DNA of 64,000 nt, taken from NCBI GenBank assembly GCA_040901675.1, contig JBBDYJ010000029.1, positions 32,001 through 96,000 on the forward strand. The letters are read 5' to 3'. The notes beneath the pieces are model-generated. The model saw only the letters and a list, made by a program, of their open reading frames with translations, was not told where the DNA came from and ran no database searches. Origin of the DNA: Pirellulales bacterium (GTDB lineage: Bacteria > Planctomycetota > Planctomycetia > Pirellulales > JAICIG01). Below, piece by piece: positions 9,597 through 19,541 of this stretch. The position numbers and the translations under genes were made by a program. Position 1 is the first letter of the stretch. Each line of letters begins with the position of its first letter.

Positions 9597-10640
9597 ATGA
9601 CGCACGAGCAACCTCGCCCACAAGCCCCGGCTGCCTCGCCGCCGCCCCGTCGAGGCCCGTTTCGCTGGGCGATCCTGTTGGGCAAGTGCCTGGTGCTCGC
9701 GCTGGTGGTCTGGGGCATACACCGCACGGCGATTGGGGCCTGGAGCGACCTTGAGCAGCAGGGCTTCGGAGCCGCGCGGCCGGATGCGGCCTGGCTGGTG
9801 GCGGCGGCCGGCCTCTACCTGGCGGGGCTGTTCCCTTCGGCTTTGTTCTGGCACCAGGTGCTGTGGCGGTTGGGGCAGCGTCCGAGCCTGGGCGAAGCGG
9901 TGCGGGCCTATTATATCGGCCACCTGGGAAAGTACGTGCCGGGCAAGGCACTGGTCATCATCTTGCGGACCGGCTTGATCCGCGGGACTCGGGTGAATAC
10001 CGCCTTGGCCGCCGTCAGCGTGTTCTACGAAACGCTGACGATGATGTCCGTCGGCGCCTTCCTGGCCGCGGCTATCCTTGTCGTCTGGCTGCCGGACCAG
10101 CGCGGCTTGCTGCTGTTGGCCTGCCTGTTGAGCCTGGCCGCGGGCCTGCCGACGTTGCCCCCGGTGTTGGACCGGCTGGTGCGGTGGGGCGGCAAAACCC
10201 GCTTGGCCGCCATCGCCTCCGAAGGGCTGAGACCGTTGGGTTATGGCACGCTCGGCCGCGGCTGGGTGCTGATCGGCTGCGGCTGGCTGCTGGCCGGCGG
10301 CAGCCTTTGGGCGGTGCTCAAGGCGGCCGGATATACCCAGCCCGGCCAGGGACTCGCGGAGCTGGCCGTTTGCACCTCGGCCGCGGCGCTGGCGGTGGTG
10401 GCTGGTTTTGTTTCGCTGATCCCCGGCGGCCTCGTGGTGCGCGAGGCGGTGCTGTTGGGTCTTTTGGCGGCTCACTTCGAACGTGCCGAGGCGCTCGTCT
10501 CGGCCGTGCTGGCGAGGCTGGTCTGGCTAGTGGCCGAGGTGCTGATTTCGGGTATTCTATATGTCGGCGGCCGCTTCCACCGCCGGGAACTTGGGCCTCG
10601 CGAGCAGCGCGGCAGCGGGCCTCGATCAGGCGCAACCTAG
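9597..10640 (+). CDS. Lysylphosphatidylglycerol-synthase TM / flippase-like membrane protein
   Basis: GHLGKYVPG and PGGLVVRE motifs; about 8 hydrophobic helices. Confidence 0.85.
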   Translation: MTHEQPRPQAPAASPPPRRGPFRWAILLGKCLVLALVVWGIHRTAIGAWSDLEQQGFGAARPDAAWLVAAAGLYLAGLFPSALFWHQVLWRLGQRPSLGEAVRAYYIGHLGKYVPGKALVIILRTGLIRGTRVNTALAAVSVFYETLTMMSVGAFLAAAILVVWLPDQRGLLLLACLLSLAAGLPTLPPVLDRLVRWGGKTRLAAIASEGLRPLGYGTLGRGWVLIGCGWLLAGGSLWAVLKAAGYTQPGQGLAELAVCTSAAALAVVAGFVSLIPGGLVVREAVLLGLLAAHFERAEALVSAVLARLVWLVAEVLISGILYVGGRFHRRELGPREQRGSGPRSGAT

Positions 10641-10649
10641 GACGCCGGC

Positions 10650-11657
10650 ATGCTTTCGACCGTGATTCCCGTCTTGAATGAGGCCGAGAGCCTGGCGACG
10701 CTCTATCGCGAGCTGGACGAGGTGGCCCGTGCCGAGGGCTACCTGCTGGACCTGATCTTCGTGGACGACGGCTCGACCGACGGCTCGTGGGCGATCATCG
10801 AAGGGCTGGCCGCGGCCGATGCCAGGGTCCGCGGCATCCGCTTCAGGCGGAACTTCGGCAAGGCGGCCGCCCTGAGCGCCGGTTTCCAGGCGGCCCGCGG
10901 CGAATTGATCATGACGCTCGACGCCGACCTGCAGGACGACCCCCGCGAGATCCCTCGTTTCCTGGCGGCCATGGACGACAACCTGGACGTGGTCAGCGGC
11001 TGGAAAAAAATCCGCCACGATGCATGGCACAAGGTCTTTCCTTCGCGGGTCTTCAACTGGTTGGTCAGCCGCTTGACGGGCGTCCACCTGCACGATCACA
11101 ACTGCGGCATGAAGTGCTACCGCCGCGAGATATTCCGCGAAGTGCGGCTCTATGGCGAGCTGCACCGCTTCGTGCCCGTGCTGGCGCACGCCCGGGGTTT
11201 CAAGGTCGGCGAGTTGGTCATCCGCCACCGGCCGCGCCGCTATGGCTACTCGAAGTACGGATTGCGGCGATTCGTCAAAGGCTTTTTGGATCTGCTCACG
11301 GTCAAGTTCCTGACCGGCTTCGGCCAGCGGCCACAGCACATGCTAGGTGCGATCGGCTTGCTCAGCTTCGTGCTGGGGGCGGCGGGCATGATTTACCTGG
11401 CGGTGCTGTGGAGCGTGTCGCGGCTGTCGGTCGAGATCCCCGACGTCGACCTGCACGAGCGCCCGCTGCTGCACTATTCGCTGGGCGCGCTGTTGCTGGG
11501 CGGGCAGCTCATGTCGATCGGCTTTCTGGCCGAGCTGATCATCGCCTATCACGGCCGCGATTCCGATACGTACTCGATCGGCCAGGAAACTCCGCCTCAT
11601 CAGCAAACCGCGGCCCACCAGGAAGCAGGGCAAGCACGCCATGAACACTCCGCCTGA
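10650..11657 (+). CDS. GT2 polyprenol-phosphate glycosyltransferase (ArnC/GtrB/DPM1-like)
   Basis: VIPVLNE, VDDGSTD, RNFGKAAA, DADLQDDP; two C-terminal TM helices. Confidence 0.92.
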   Translation: MLSTVIPVLNEAESLATLYRELDEVARAEGYLLDLIFVDDGSTDGSWAIIEGLAAADARVRGIRFRRNFGKAAALSAGFQAARGELIMTLDADLQDDPREIPRFLAAMDDNLDVVSGWKKIRHDAWHKVFPSRVFNWLVSRLTGVHLHDHNCGMKCYRREIFREVRLYGELHRFVPVLAHARGFKVGELVIRHRPRRYGYSKYGLRRFVKGFLDLLTVKFLTGFGQRPQHMLGAIGLLSFVLGAAGMIYLAVLWSVSRLSVEIPDVDLHERPLLHYSLGALLLGGQLMSIGFLAELIIAYHGRDSDTYSIGQETPPHQQTAAHQEAGQARHEHSA

Positions 11658-13098
11658 CGATCCCCGCGGCCGGCTGCGCCGCGCCGTCTACCTGTTGTTG
11701 ATCACCGCCAGCACGGGCAGCATGCTGGGCCGCACCTTCGCGGTCAATTCGGTGGACCACGTGCGGCTGGAAAAGCACCTGAAGGACCAGGGGCGGAGCG
11801 ACTGGCAAAAGCAGCGACCGTTTCTCAGTGCCAACGACCGCAGCCGCTGGGCCACCGTGCGCGCCCTGGTCGAGCACGGAACGTATTCGATCGACGAGAT
11901 CGTGAGCCAGCCCAACTGGGACACGATCGACATGGTCAAGCACGACGGAAGGGGCCGCGAAGCGCCGGGGCCCAATGAAGGGCGGTTGTACTCCAGCAAA
12001 CCGCCGCTGATCGCGACGCTGATGGCCGGCCCCTACTGGCTGATCCATCGGCTCACGGGCGCCACGCTGGCCACGCACCCCTTTGCCATCGGCCGGGGCT
12101 TGATCGTGCTCTTCAACATCGTGCCGATGATCGTCTACCTGTGGGTGGTGGCCCAGCTTATCGAACGGTTCGGCGACAGCGACTGGGGACGGATGTACGC
12201 GATGACCGCCGCTGCCTTCGGCACGTTCCTGACCACGTTCGCCGTGGCGATCAACAACCATTTGCCCGCGGCCGTCTGCGCGGCCGTGGCACTCTATGCG
12301 GCCGCCAAGATCTGGTACGACGGCGAGCGAAGCTTGTGGTGGTTCGCCCTGGCCGGCACGTTTTCCGCGCTCACGGCGGCCTGCGAGCTGCCCGCCCTGG
12401 CTTTCTTCGTGGCCATGACCGTCGGATTGCTGCTCGTTTCGCCAGCCGCGGCGATGCGGGCGTTCGTGCCGCCGGCCTTTCTGGTACTGGCCGCATCCAT
12501 GGCGACCAACTACCTGGCCCACCACTCGATCGCACCGCCATACGTGCACCGCACCGAGGGGGACAACTGGTACGATTACCAGTTCGTGCGGGACGGCAAG
12601 GTGCGCCAGAGCTACTGGTCGAACATCGAAGACCGCAGCCCAATCGACCAGGGTGAGAAGTCGCCCCAGACGTATGCCCTGCACGTCCTCGTCGGGCATC
12701 ACGGCATTTTTTCGCTGACGCCGATCTGGCTGTTCAGCCTGGCCGGCGTGGTGACGATGTGCTGGCGCAGCCAGCCGAACCTGCGTGCCCTGGGCCTGTT
12801 GGTGGGAGGCGTGTCGCTGGTTTGCCTGGCGTTTTACCTGGGACCGTTCCACGACCGCAACTACGGTGGCATGAGCAGCGGCTTCCGCTGGATGTTCTGG
12901 TTTGCGCCGTTGTGGCTGATTGGCATGCTGCCTGCGGTTGACCAGTTCTCCGAGCGGCCCTGGTGGCGGGGCCTCGCGATCGTCTTCTTGTGCCTGTCGG
13001 TCCTCTCGGCAAGCTATCCGACCTGGAATCCCTGGACGCACCCCTGGCTGCTCGATTTCCTGCTGCACATGGAGTGGGCCCGCCTCGGCGCCGGATAA
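11641..13098 (+). CDS. Polytopic membrane protein, probable GT-C-type glycosyltransferase
   Basis: N-terminal TM, extracytoplasmic loop (SANDRSRW, YSSKPP), then about 10 TM helices. Overlaps the GT2 gene. GT-C assignment is inferred from topology and context. Confidence 0.65.
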   Translation: MNTPPDDPRGRLRRAVYLLLITASTGSMLGRTFAVNSVDHVRLEKHLKDQGRSDWQKQRPFLSANDRSRWATVRALVEHGTYSIDEIVSQPNWDTIDMVKHDGRGREAPGPNEGRLYSSKPPLIATLMAGPYWLIHRLTGATLATHPFAIGRGLIVLFNIVPMIVYLWVVAQLIERFGDSDWGRMYAMTAAAFGTFLTTFAVAINNHLPAAVCAAVALYAAAKIWYDGERSLWWFALAGTFSALTAACELPALAFFVAMTVGLLLVSPAAAMRAFVPPAFLVLAASMATNYLAHHSIAPPYVHRTEGDNWYDYQFVRDGKVRQSYWSNIEDRSPIDQGEKSPQTYALHVLVGHHGIFSLTPIWLFSLAGVVTMCWRSQPNLRALGLLVGGVSLVCLAFYLGPFHDRNYGGMSSGFRWMFWFAPLWLIGMLPAVDQFSERPWWRGLAIVFLCLSVLSASYPTWNPWTHPWLLDFLLHMEWARLGAG

Positions 13099-13119
13099 AA
13101 GTGGGGCGGTGACTTCGAG

Positions 13120-13146
13120 GTAGCAGGACTCGCCAGAGTTCTGGCG
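13120..13146 (+). repeat. GTAG-type REP-like palindrome, copy 1
   Basis: GTAGCAGGACTCGCCAGAGTTCTGGCG; exact reverse complement at 14793-14819. Confidence 0.8.
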
Positions 13147-13151
13147 AAGTC

Positions 13152-13209
13152 GGGTGGCTGGCGGCAAAGCGGACTTCGGCGAGCTCAGTCGAGTCGTAGC
13201 GTGCCCCAG
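13152..13209 (+). repeat. REP-like family A copy with a second hairpin nested in its loop
   Basis: GGGTGGCTGGCGGCAAAGCG + GACTTCGGCGAGCTCAGTCGAGTC + GTAGCGTGCCCCAG; the flanks match the copies at 34629-34775 and 50006-50039. Confidence 0.75.
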
Positions 13210-13219
13210 TCTTCGTTCG

Positions 13220-13951
13220 TTATTCCTCCTTCTGCATTCCTCCTTCCTCCTTTGCAATCAGCAGCCCCAGCCGCCTCCAGTCGTCGCTCAGCGGAGCCAC
13301 CACCGACACATCCTGGCCGGTCGACGGATCGCGGAACGCCAACTCGCGGCCGTGCAGCGCAATGGCGCGGAGCCGCTCGTCCTCGTGCGGTGTGCCGAAC
13401 GCCGAGGCGGCTCCATAGAAGACGTCGCCCAGGACCGGATGGCCCCGCGACGAGGCCTGGATCCGCACCTGGTGCGTGCGACCCGTCTCGAGCACCACTT
13501 CCAGCCAGACCCCCCAAGCGGCTTCGGCCAGCGTGCGATAGTGCAGTACGGCCAGGCGGCCCTCGGGATGGTCCGCGGCGACGATCTCGGCCCGGGGATG
13601 ACCATAGACTTTGCGGACGTGGTCGGTCCAGGTTCCCTCCGCTGGCTGCACGTGCCCCTCCAGGCAGGCCCAATACACCTTGCGGACCTGGCGGCGTTCG
13701 AACTGGCGCGAGATCTTGCGGGCGGCGTTAGGGTGCGTGGCGAAGACCATGGCGCCCGACACCGGGCGGTCAAGCCTGTGCGGCACCGCCAGGTAACCTG
13801 AATAGTCGGCCGACTCCTCTCGCAGCCAGGCCTTGATCCGCGCTTCCAAGCTGTCGATTCCCGGCGGCGCCTGCGTGGCCAGGCCAGCCGGCTTCAAGGC
13901 CGCCAGCACGCGCGTCGACCGGTAGAGCAGATCGAAGCCAGGTTCGAGCAT
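13220..13951 (-). CDS. RluA-family RNA pseudouridine synthase
   Basis: KPAGL, catalytic HRLD, KVYWA, TGRTHQVRIQ, GHPVLGD. Confidence 0.92.
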   Translation of the reverse strand: MLEPGFDLLYRSTRVLAALKPAGLATQAPPGIDSLEARIKAWLREESADYSGYLAVPHRLDRPVSGAMVFATHPNAARKISRQFERRQVRKVYWACLEGHVQPAEGTWTDHVRKVYGHPRAEIVAADHPEGRLAVLHYRTLAEAAWGVWLEVVLETGRTHQVRIQASSRGHPVLGDVFYGAASAFGTPHEDERLRAIALHGRELAFRDPSTGQDVSVVAPLSDDWRRLGLLIAKEEGGMQKEE

Positions 13952-14092
13952 CAGCACCGGCCCCGTCGAGCCGCGGTGGTTCGTTGGACCGCCGCGGGCC
14001 GAGGGATTAGAATCGGTCTGGACAATCCAATACCAAAGTATCCCGTTTTCCCGAAACCCATTTTCCCGAAACCCAAAGTACGGAGAGTCACC

Positions 14093-14746
14093 ATGCCGCG
14101 CCTCTTTGTTTTACCCGTCGCGTTCGTGCTCGCCTGTGGCCTGGCTGCCGCCGCCCGCTCGGATGAAAAGGACGACAAGCCGATCAAGCTGTTCAACGGG
14201 CGCAACCTGGACGGCTGGACCTTCCATACGCCGGACAAGAGTGCGAAGACCGAAGACGTCTGGAGCGTGAACAAGGGCGTGCTGGCTTGCCAAGGCAAGC
14301 CGGCCGGGTACTTGCGGACCGAAGACGACTATACCAACTACGTATTGAAGCTCCAGTGGCGGTTCGACCCGGACAAGGGCGCCGGCAACAGCGGCGTCTT
14401 GTTGCGGATGGTGGGCGAAGACAAGGTCTGGCCCAAGAGCATCGAGGCCCAGTTGCACAGCGGCAACGCCGGCGACTTCTGGAACATCGACATGTTCGAG
14501 ATGACCGTGGACGAGGACCGCACCGAGGGGCGGCGGACCAAGAAGCTCAAGGAGAGCAACGAGAAGCCGCTGGGCGAGTGGAACCAGTACGAGATCACCG
14601 TCGAGGGCGGCGCCGTGCGGCTGGTGGTCAACGGCGAGCTGCAGAACGAGGCCACCGACTGCGAGGAGATCGCCGGCAAGATCTGCCTGCAGTCGGAGGG
14701 CTCGTACATCGAGTTCCGCAACATCGAGCTCACGCCGCTGGAGTGA
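14093..14746 (+). CDS. DUF1080 / 3-keto-disaccharide hydrolase family protein, exported
   Basis: Signal peptide; LFNGRNLDGW, GNSGV, GEWNQYEI, GKICLQSEG, IEFRNI. Confidence 0.92.
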   Translation: MPRLFVLPVAFVLACGLAAAARSDEKDDKPIKLFNGRNLDGWTFHTPDKSAKTEDVWSVNKGVLACQGKPAGYLRTEDDYTNYVLKLQWRFDPDKGAGNSGVLLRMVGEDKVWPKSIEAQLHSGNAGDFWNIDMFEMTVDEDRTEGRRTKKLKESNEKPLGEWNQYEITVEGGAVRLVVNGELQNEATDCEEIAGKICLQSEGSYIEFRNIELTPLE

Positions 14747-14792
14747 TCTTTCGATTTTCCGACTGCCGTCAAGGCATCGCCCCGTTGCGACA

Positions 14793-14819
14793 CGCCAGAA
14801 CTCTGGCGAGTCCTGCTAC
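14793..14819 (-). repeat. GTAG-type REP-like palindrome, copy 2
   Basis: CGCCAGAACTCTGGCGAGTCCTGCTAC is the reverse complement of 13120-13146; lies between convergent genes. Confidence 0.8.
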
Positions 14820-14840
14820 TGGGTGGGCCGCCGTCCCAGA

Positions 14841-16292
<1,452 letters not shown>

Positions 16293-16475
16293 TGGACTGG
16301 TACTCCCAAGGCAGGAAGGCAGGCGGGTTCCACGCCCCACATGGCTACCAGCCTAGCAGACAGGCCGCCTTCCGGCCAGCATGCTCGACATCAGGCCAGC
16401 GCTGGAGGATTCAAAGCGTGCAAGCGCCGCAGGGATGGATGCGCCTTGCCGCCAACCGGTTGCGGGTCGGCCTGG

Positions 16476-16508
16476 TTGACGTGAACGGATACTATCGTAT
16501 GATAGTAT
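16476..16508 (+). promoter_or_regulatory. Sigma70-like promoter with overlapping palindromic operator upstream of the MqsA-like gene
   Basis: TTGACG (16476) -16 nt- TATGAT (16498). Perfect inverted repeat ATACTATC-gtat-GATAGTAT at 16489-16508. Confidence 0.7.
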
Positions 16509-16517
16509 TTAAGGGAA

Positions 16518-16994
16518 ATGACCAAGGCCACTACAGAGCTATGCTTCTGCTTCGCGTGCGGCGGAGAGCGGGAATTGCGTCGCGAGCGTCGGACCGTGGA
16601 ATACCAGTTGCGCGGCGAAACGGTCCAGGTTGTTCTGCCGGTAATGGCTTGCACGACTTGTGGTACCGAGGAGGTGGACCCGGCTTTTACCGGAGACCCC
16701 GTGCGGATGGCTTATGATCTTTATCGTCAAAGGCACGGTTTGCTTGATCCCGATCGGATCAAGTCGATTCGCGAACAATACAGGCTCAGCCAGAAGTCAT
16801 TTGCCGCTCTGCTGGGAATGAGTGAAGCGACAGTTAACCGATACGAGGGGGGCGCGCTTCAGGAAGCAACGCACGACAACTTGATCCGCGCTTGCGAAAC
16901 CCCCGAATTTGTAAGGGAGCTTCTCTCCCGCCGTGGCGGCCACTTGTCCGATTGGCAGCGAAAGCGCGTCGAGAAAGTCCTTGCGACCGCATAG
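16518..16994 (+). CDS. MqsA-like zinc-ribbon plus XRE HTH antitoxin/regulator (orphan)
   Basis: CFACG...CTTCG zinc knuckles; IREQYRLSQKSFAALLGMSEATVNRYEGG HTH. More AT-rich than neighbours. Confidence 0.85.
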   Translation: MTKATTELCFCFACGGERELRRERRTVEYQLRGETVQVVLPVMACTTCGTEEVDPAFTGDPVRMAYDLYRQRHGLLDPDRIKSIREQYRLSQKSFAALLGMSEATVNRYEGGALQEATHDNLIRACETPEFVRELLSRRGGHLSDWQRKRVEKVLATA

Positions 16995-17107
16995 TTCAAG
17001 AAAGGTTTCCAGCCTGCGACTGCTTGGCTGCCGGCGTGTCCGGTCCGCTGAAAGGCAGACGAAGAATCGCCAGCCTGGCGTCCAGCAGTGGCACAGCTCC
17101 TCTTAGC

Positions 17108-17893
17108 CTAGCCGTACCGCTTCAGCCAGCGGTCGAGCAGGCGAGGCGCGAGGCGGTTCAAGTAGACGAGCAGCTTGCCGCGCGGATTGGGGATGATCTC
17201 GTTGAGCCCGCGGCGCATGGCGCGGACCGTGGCCCGGGCGACGCGCGAGGCGGGGATGCCGGGCTGCTCGGGCCAGGGCATCCCGCCCTGCTTGTCGATC
17301 AGGTTCTCGGAAAAGTCGCTTTGCGTCGTGCCCGGACTGACCAGCAACAGGCCGATACCGTGACGAGCCAACTCGGCCCGCAGCGACTCGCTCAAACCCC
17401 GCACGGCGAACTTGCTGGCGCAGTACTCGCTGGTCCGCGGGATGCCGCGATGGCCCAGGATCGACCCCACGTTGACCACCAGCGGCTGGCTCCCCTCTTT
17501 CAACAGCGGCAGGGCAGCGCGCGTCATCTCGGCCAGGGCAAAAAAATTCACCTCCATGATCCGCCGCAGACGCTCCGGGTCGGCATCCTCGAAGCGGCCC
17601 CAGGCGCCGATGCCCGCATTGTTGACTAGCACGTCGAGACCGCCAAAGTGCGACAGGGCGGCCTCCAGCGCCAACCGGCGGTCGTCCGGCTGGGTGACGT
17701 CGCCGGGGGCCACAACCACCTGGCTGCCGGCGGCCTTCAGCTCGCGGGCCAGGTCTTCAAGCTTGTCGCGGCGGCGCGCGTTGAGAATCAGCCGGGCCCC
17801 GTTTTGGGCCAGCTCCACCGCCAGGGCCCGTCCGATGCCGCTGGAGGCACCCGTGACGAGACAGCGGCTCTGGCGGATCGAGCGACGGCTCAC
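17108..17893 (-). CDS. Short-chain dehydrogenase/reductase
   Basis: TGASSGIG, NNAG, YCASK. Overlaps the hflX stop. Confidence 0.92.
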   Translation of the reverse strand: MSRRSIRQSRCLVTGASSGIGRALAVELAQNGARLILNARRRDKLEDLARELKAAGSQVVVAPGDVTQPDDRRLALEAALSHFGGLDVLVNNAGIGAWGRFEDADPERLRRIMEVNFFALAEMTRAALPLLKEGSQPLVVNVGSILGHRGIPRTSEYCASKFAVRGLSESLRAELARHGIGLLLVSPGTTQSDFSENLIDKQGGMPWPEQPGIPASRVARATVRAMRRGLNEIIPNPRGKLLVYLNRLAPRLLDRWLKRYG

Positions 17894-19287
17894 GCCACTT
17901 CTTCAACTCCGGCCGGCGCCGGTCCGATCGTGTCGCGCCCCGCAATCGAGCCGTTGCCGCCAAACCCATCCCCGTCACTCGGCAGGCCGTGCCAGACCTG
18001 GCCGTTCGTGCGATGCGGGCGGACCGAAGTTCCGTCGGCGTCGACCTGCCGCAGGTGCTTCTGCGGCAGCCGGCAGTGGACCACCACCCGCGAGTCGGTG
18101 AACTGCCTCGACAGCACTTCGCCATGCGCCGACAGGTAGGCCAGCAACCGCCCGTTGGAGACGTCGGTCTCGACGTCGACGTCCAGGAAGTTGCGGCTGA
18201 GGGCATCGCTGACGGCGCCGGCCAACTGCGCCAGGCCGTGCCCGCGGCGAGCGCTGACGGCGATCGCGTTGGGATAGCGGTTGAGCAACCCATCCAGCCG
18301 GGCCCGGTCGGCCAACGCGTCGGCCTTGTTCAGGACCAGCAAGGTGTCCTTGGCCTGGATGCCCAACTCCTCGAAAACCTTGTACACCGAGGCAATCTGC
18401 TCGTACACGGCCGGGCTGCTGGCGTCGGCCACGTGCAACAACAGGTCGGCCTGCCGCGTTTCCTCCAGCGTGGCCTTGAAGCTGGCGATCAGATGGTGGG
18501 GCAGATCGCGGATGAAGCCGACCGTGTCGCTCAACAGCACCGGTCCCCAGCCGGGCAACTGCCAGCGGCGAGTCCGCGTGTCGAGCGTGGCGAACAGCTT
18601 GTCCTGCGCCAGCACGTCGGCCCCGGTGAGCGTGTTCAAGAGCGTGCTCTTGCCGGCGTTGGTGTAGCCGACCAGCGAAACGGTCATGCGGTCGCCGCGG
18701 GCGGCCACCTGCCGCTCCTTGCGCCGCTCGATTGCGGACAGCTCGGTCTGCAGGTCGTGGATCCGCTTTTCGACCAGGCGGCGGTCGACTTCCAACTGCT
18801 TTTCGCCCGGCCCGCGCATGCCGATGCCCATCTTCAAGCGCGAGAGGTGGGTCCACATCCGTTTGAGCCGCGGCAATGAGTACTGGAGCTGGGCCAGTTC
18901 GACTGCCAGGCGGGCTTCGTGCGTCTGCGCGCGGCTGGCAAAGATGTCGAGGATCAGCTCGCTGCGGTCGAGCACCTTGAGGTTGGTGGCCCGCTCCAGG
19001 TTGCGGGTCTGGGCGGGCGTGAGGTCGTTGTCGAAGATGATGACGTCCGCGTCCGAGGCCTCGCCCAGCACGCGCAGTTCATCGACTTTACCCTTGCCCA
19101 GATACGTGGTCTTGTCCGGCACCAGCCGCCGTTGAGTCAGGTGGCCAACCACCCTGGCGCCGGCCGTGGTGGCCAGCCCTTCCAGTTCGTCAAGCGGGTC
19201 GCCTGGATACCGGTCGTCCGGAAGCACGACACCGACGAGCACTGCAGCCTCGCTCACGACACTGTCGGCGCGGTTCGTTTCAGTCAC
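17890..19287 (-). CDS. hflX: GTPase HflX
   Basis: GKGKVDEL, LTPAQTRNLE, RGPGEKQLE, GYTNAGKS, DTVGFI, NKAD. GTG start after AGGAGG. Confidence 0.95.
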   Translation of the reverse strand: MTETNRADSVVSEAAVLVGVVLPDDRYPGDPLDELEGLATTAGARVVGHLTQRRLVPDKTTYLGKGKVDELRVLGEASDADVIIFDNDLTPAQTRNLERATNLKVLDRSELILDIFASRAQTHEARLAVELAQLQYSLPRLKRMWTHLSRLKMGIGMRGPGEKQLEVDRRLVEKRIHDLQTELSAIERRKERQVAARGDRMTVSLVGYTNAGKSTLLNTLTGADVLAQDKLFATLDTRTRRWQLPGWGPVLLSDTVGFIRDLPHHLIASFKATLEETRQADLLLHVADASSPAVYEQIASVYKVFEELGIQAKDTLLVLNKADALADRARLDGLLNRYPNAIAVSARRGHGLAQLAGAVSDALSRNFLDVDVETDVSNGRLLAYLSAHGEVLSRQFTDSRVVVHCRLPQKHLRQVDADGTSVRPHRTNGQVWHGLPSDGDGFGGNGSIAGRDTIGPAPAGVEEVA

Positions 19288-19541
19288 GGGGGTTGGGGTC
19301 CTCCTGTTTCTCTTGGAGAGTAAAACAACAGCTTGCCGGGGCGGCGATCCTGCCGGCCGCCATGGCAAGTATATGCCGAGCCGGCAAGCAAGTCAGCCAG
19401 GATTGCCTGCCACGGCCCCCCAGTGCCCCGTGGGGCTGTACCGGCAGGCAGGACATTCGATAATACCACGACACCCGAACCGGATTTTTGTTCGCCCCGC
19501 GGCTGCAAGCACGGAAATTCGGAAACCGGAAATCCATAACC

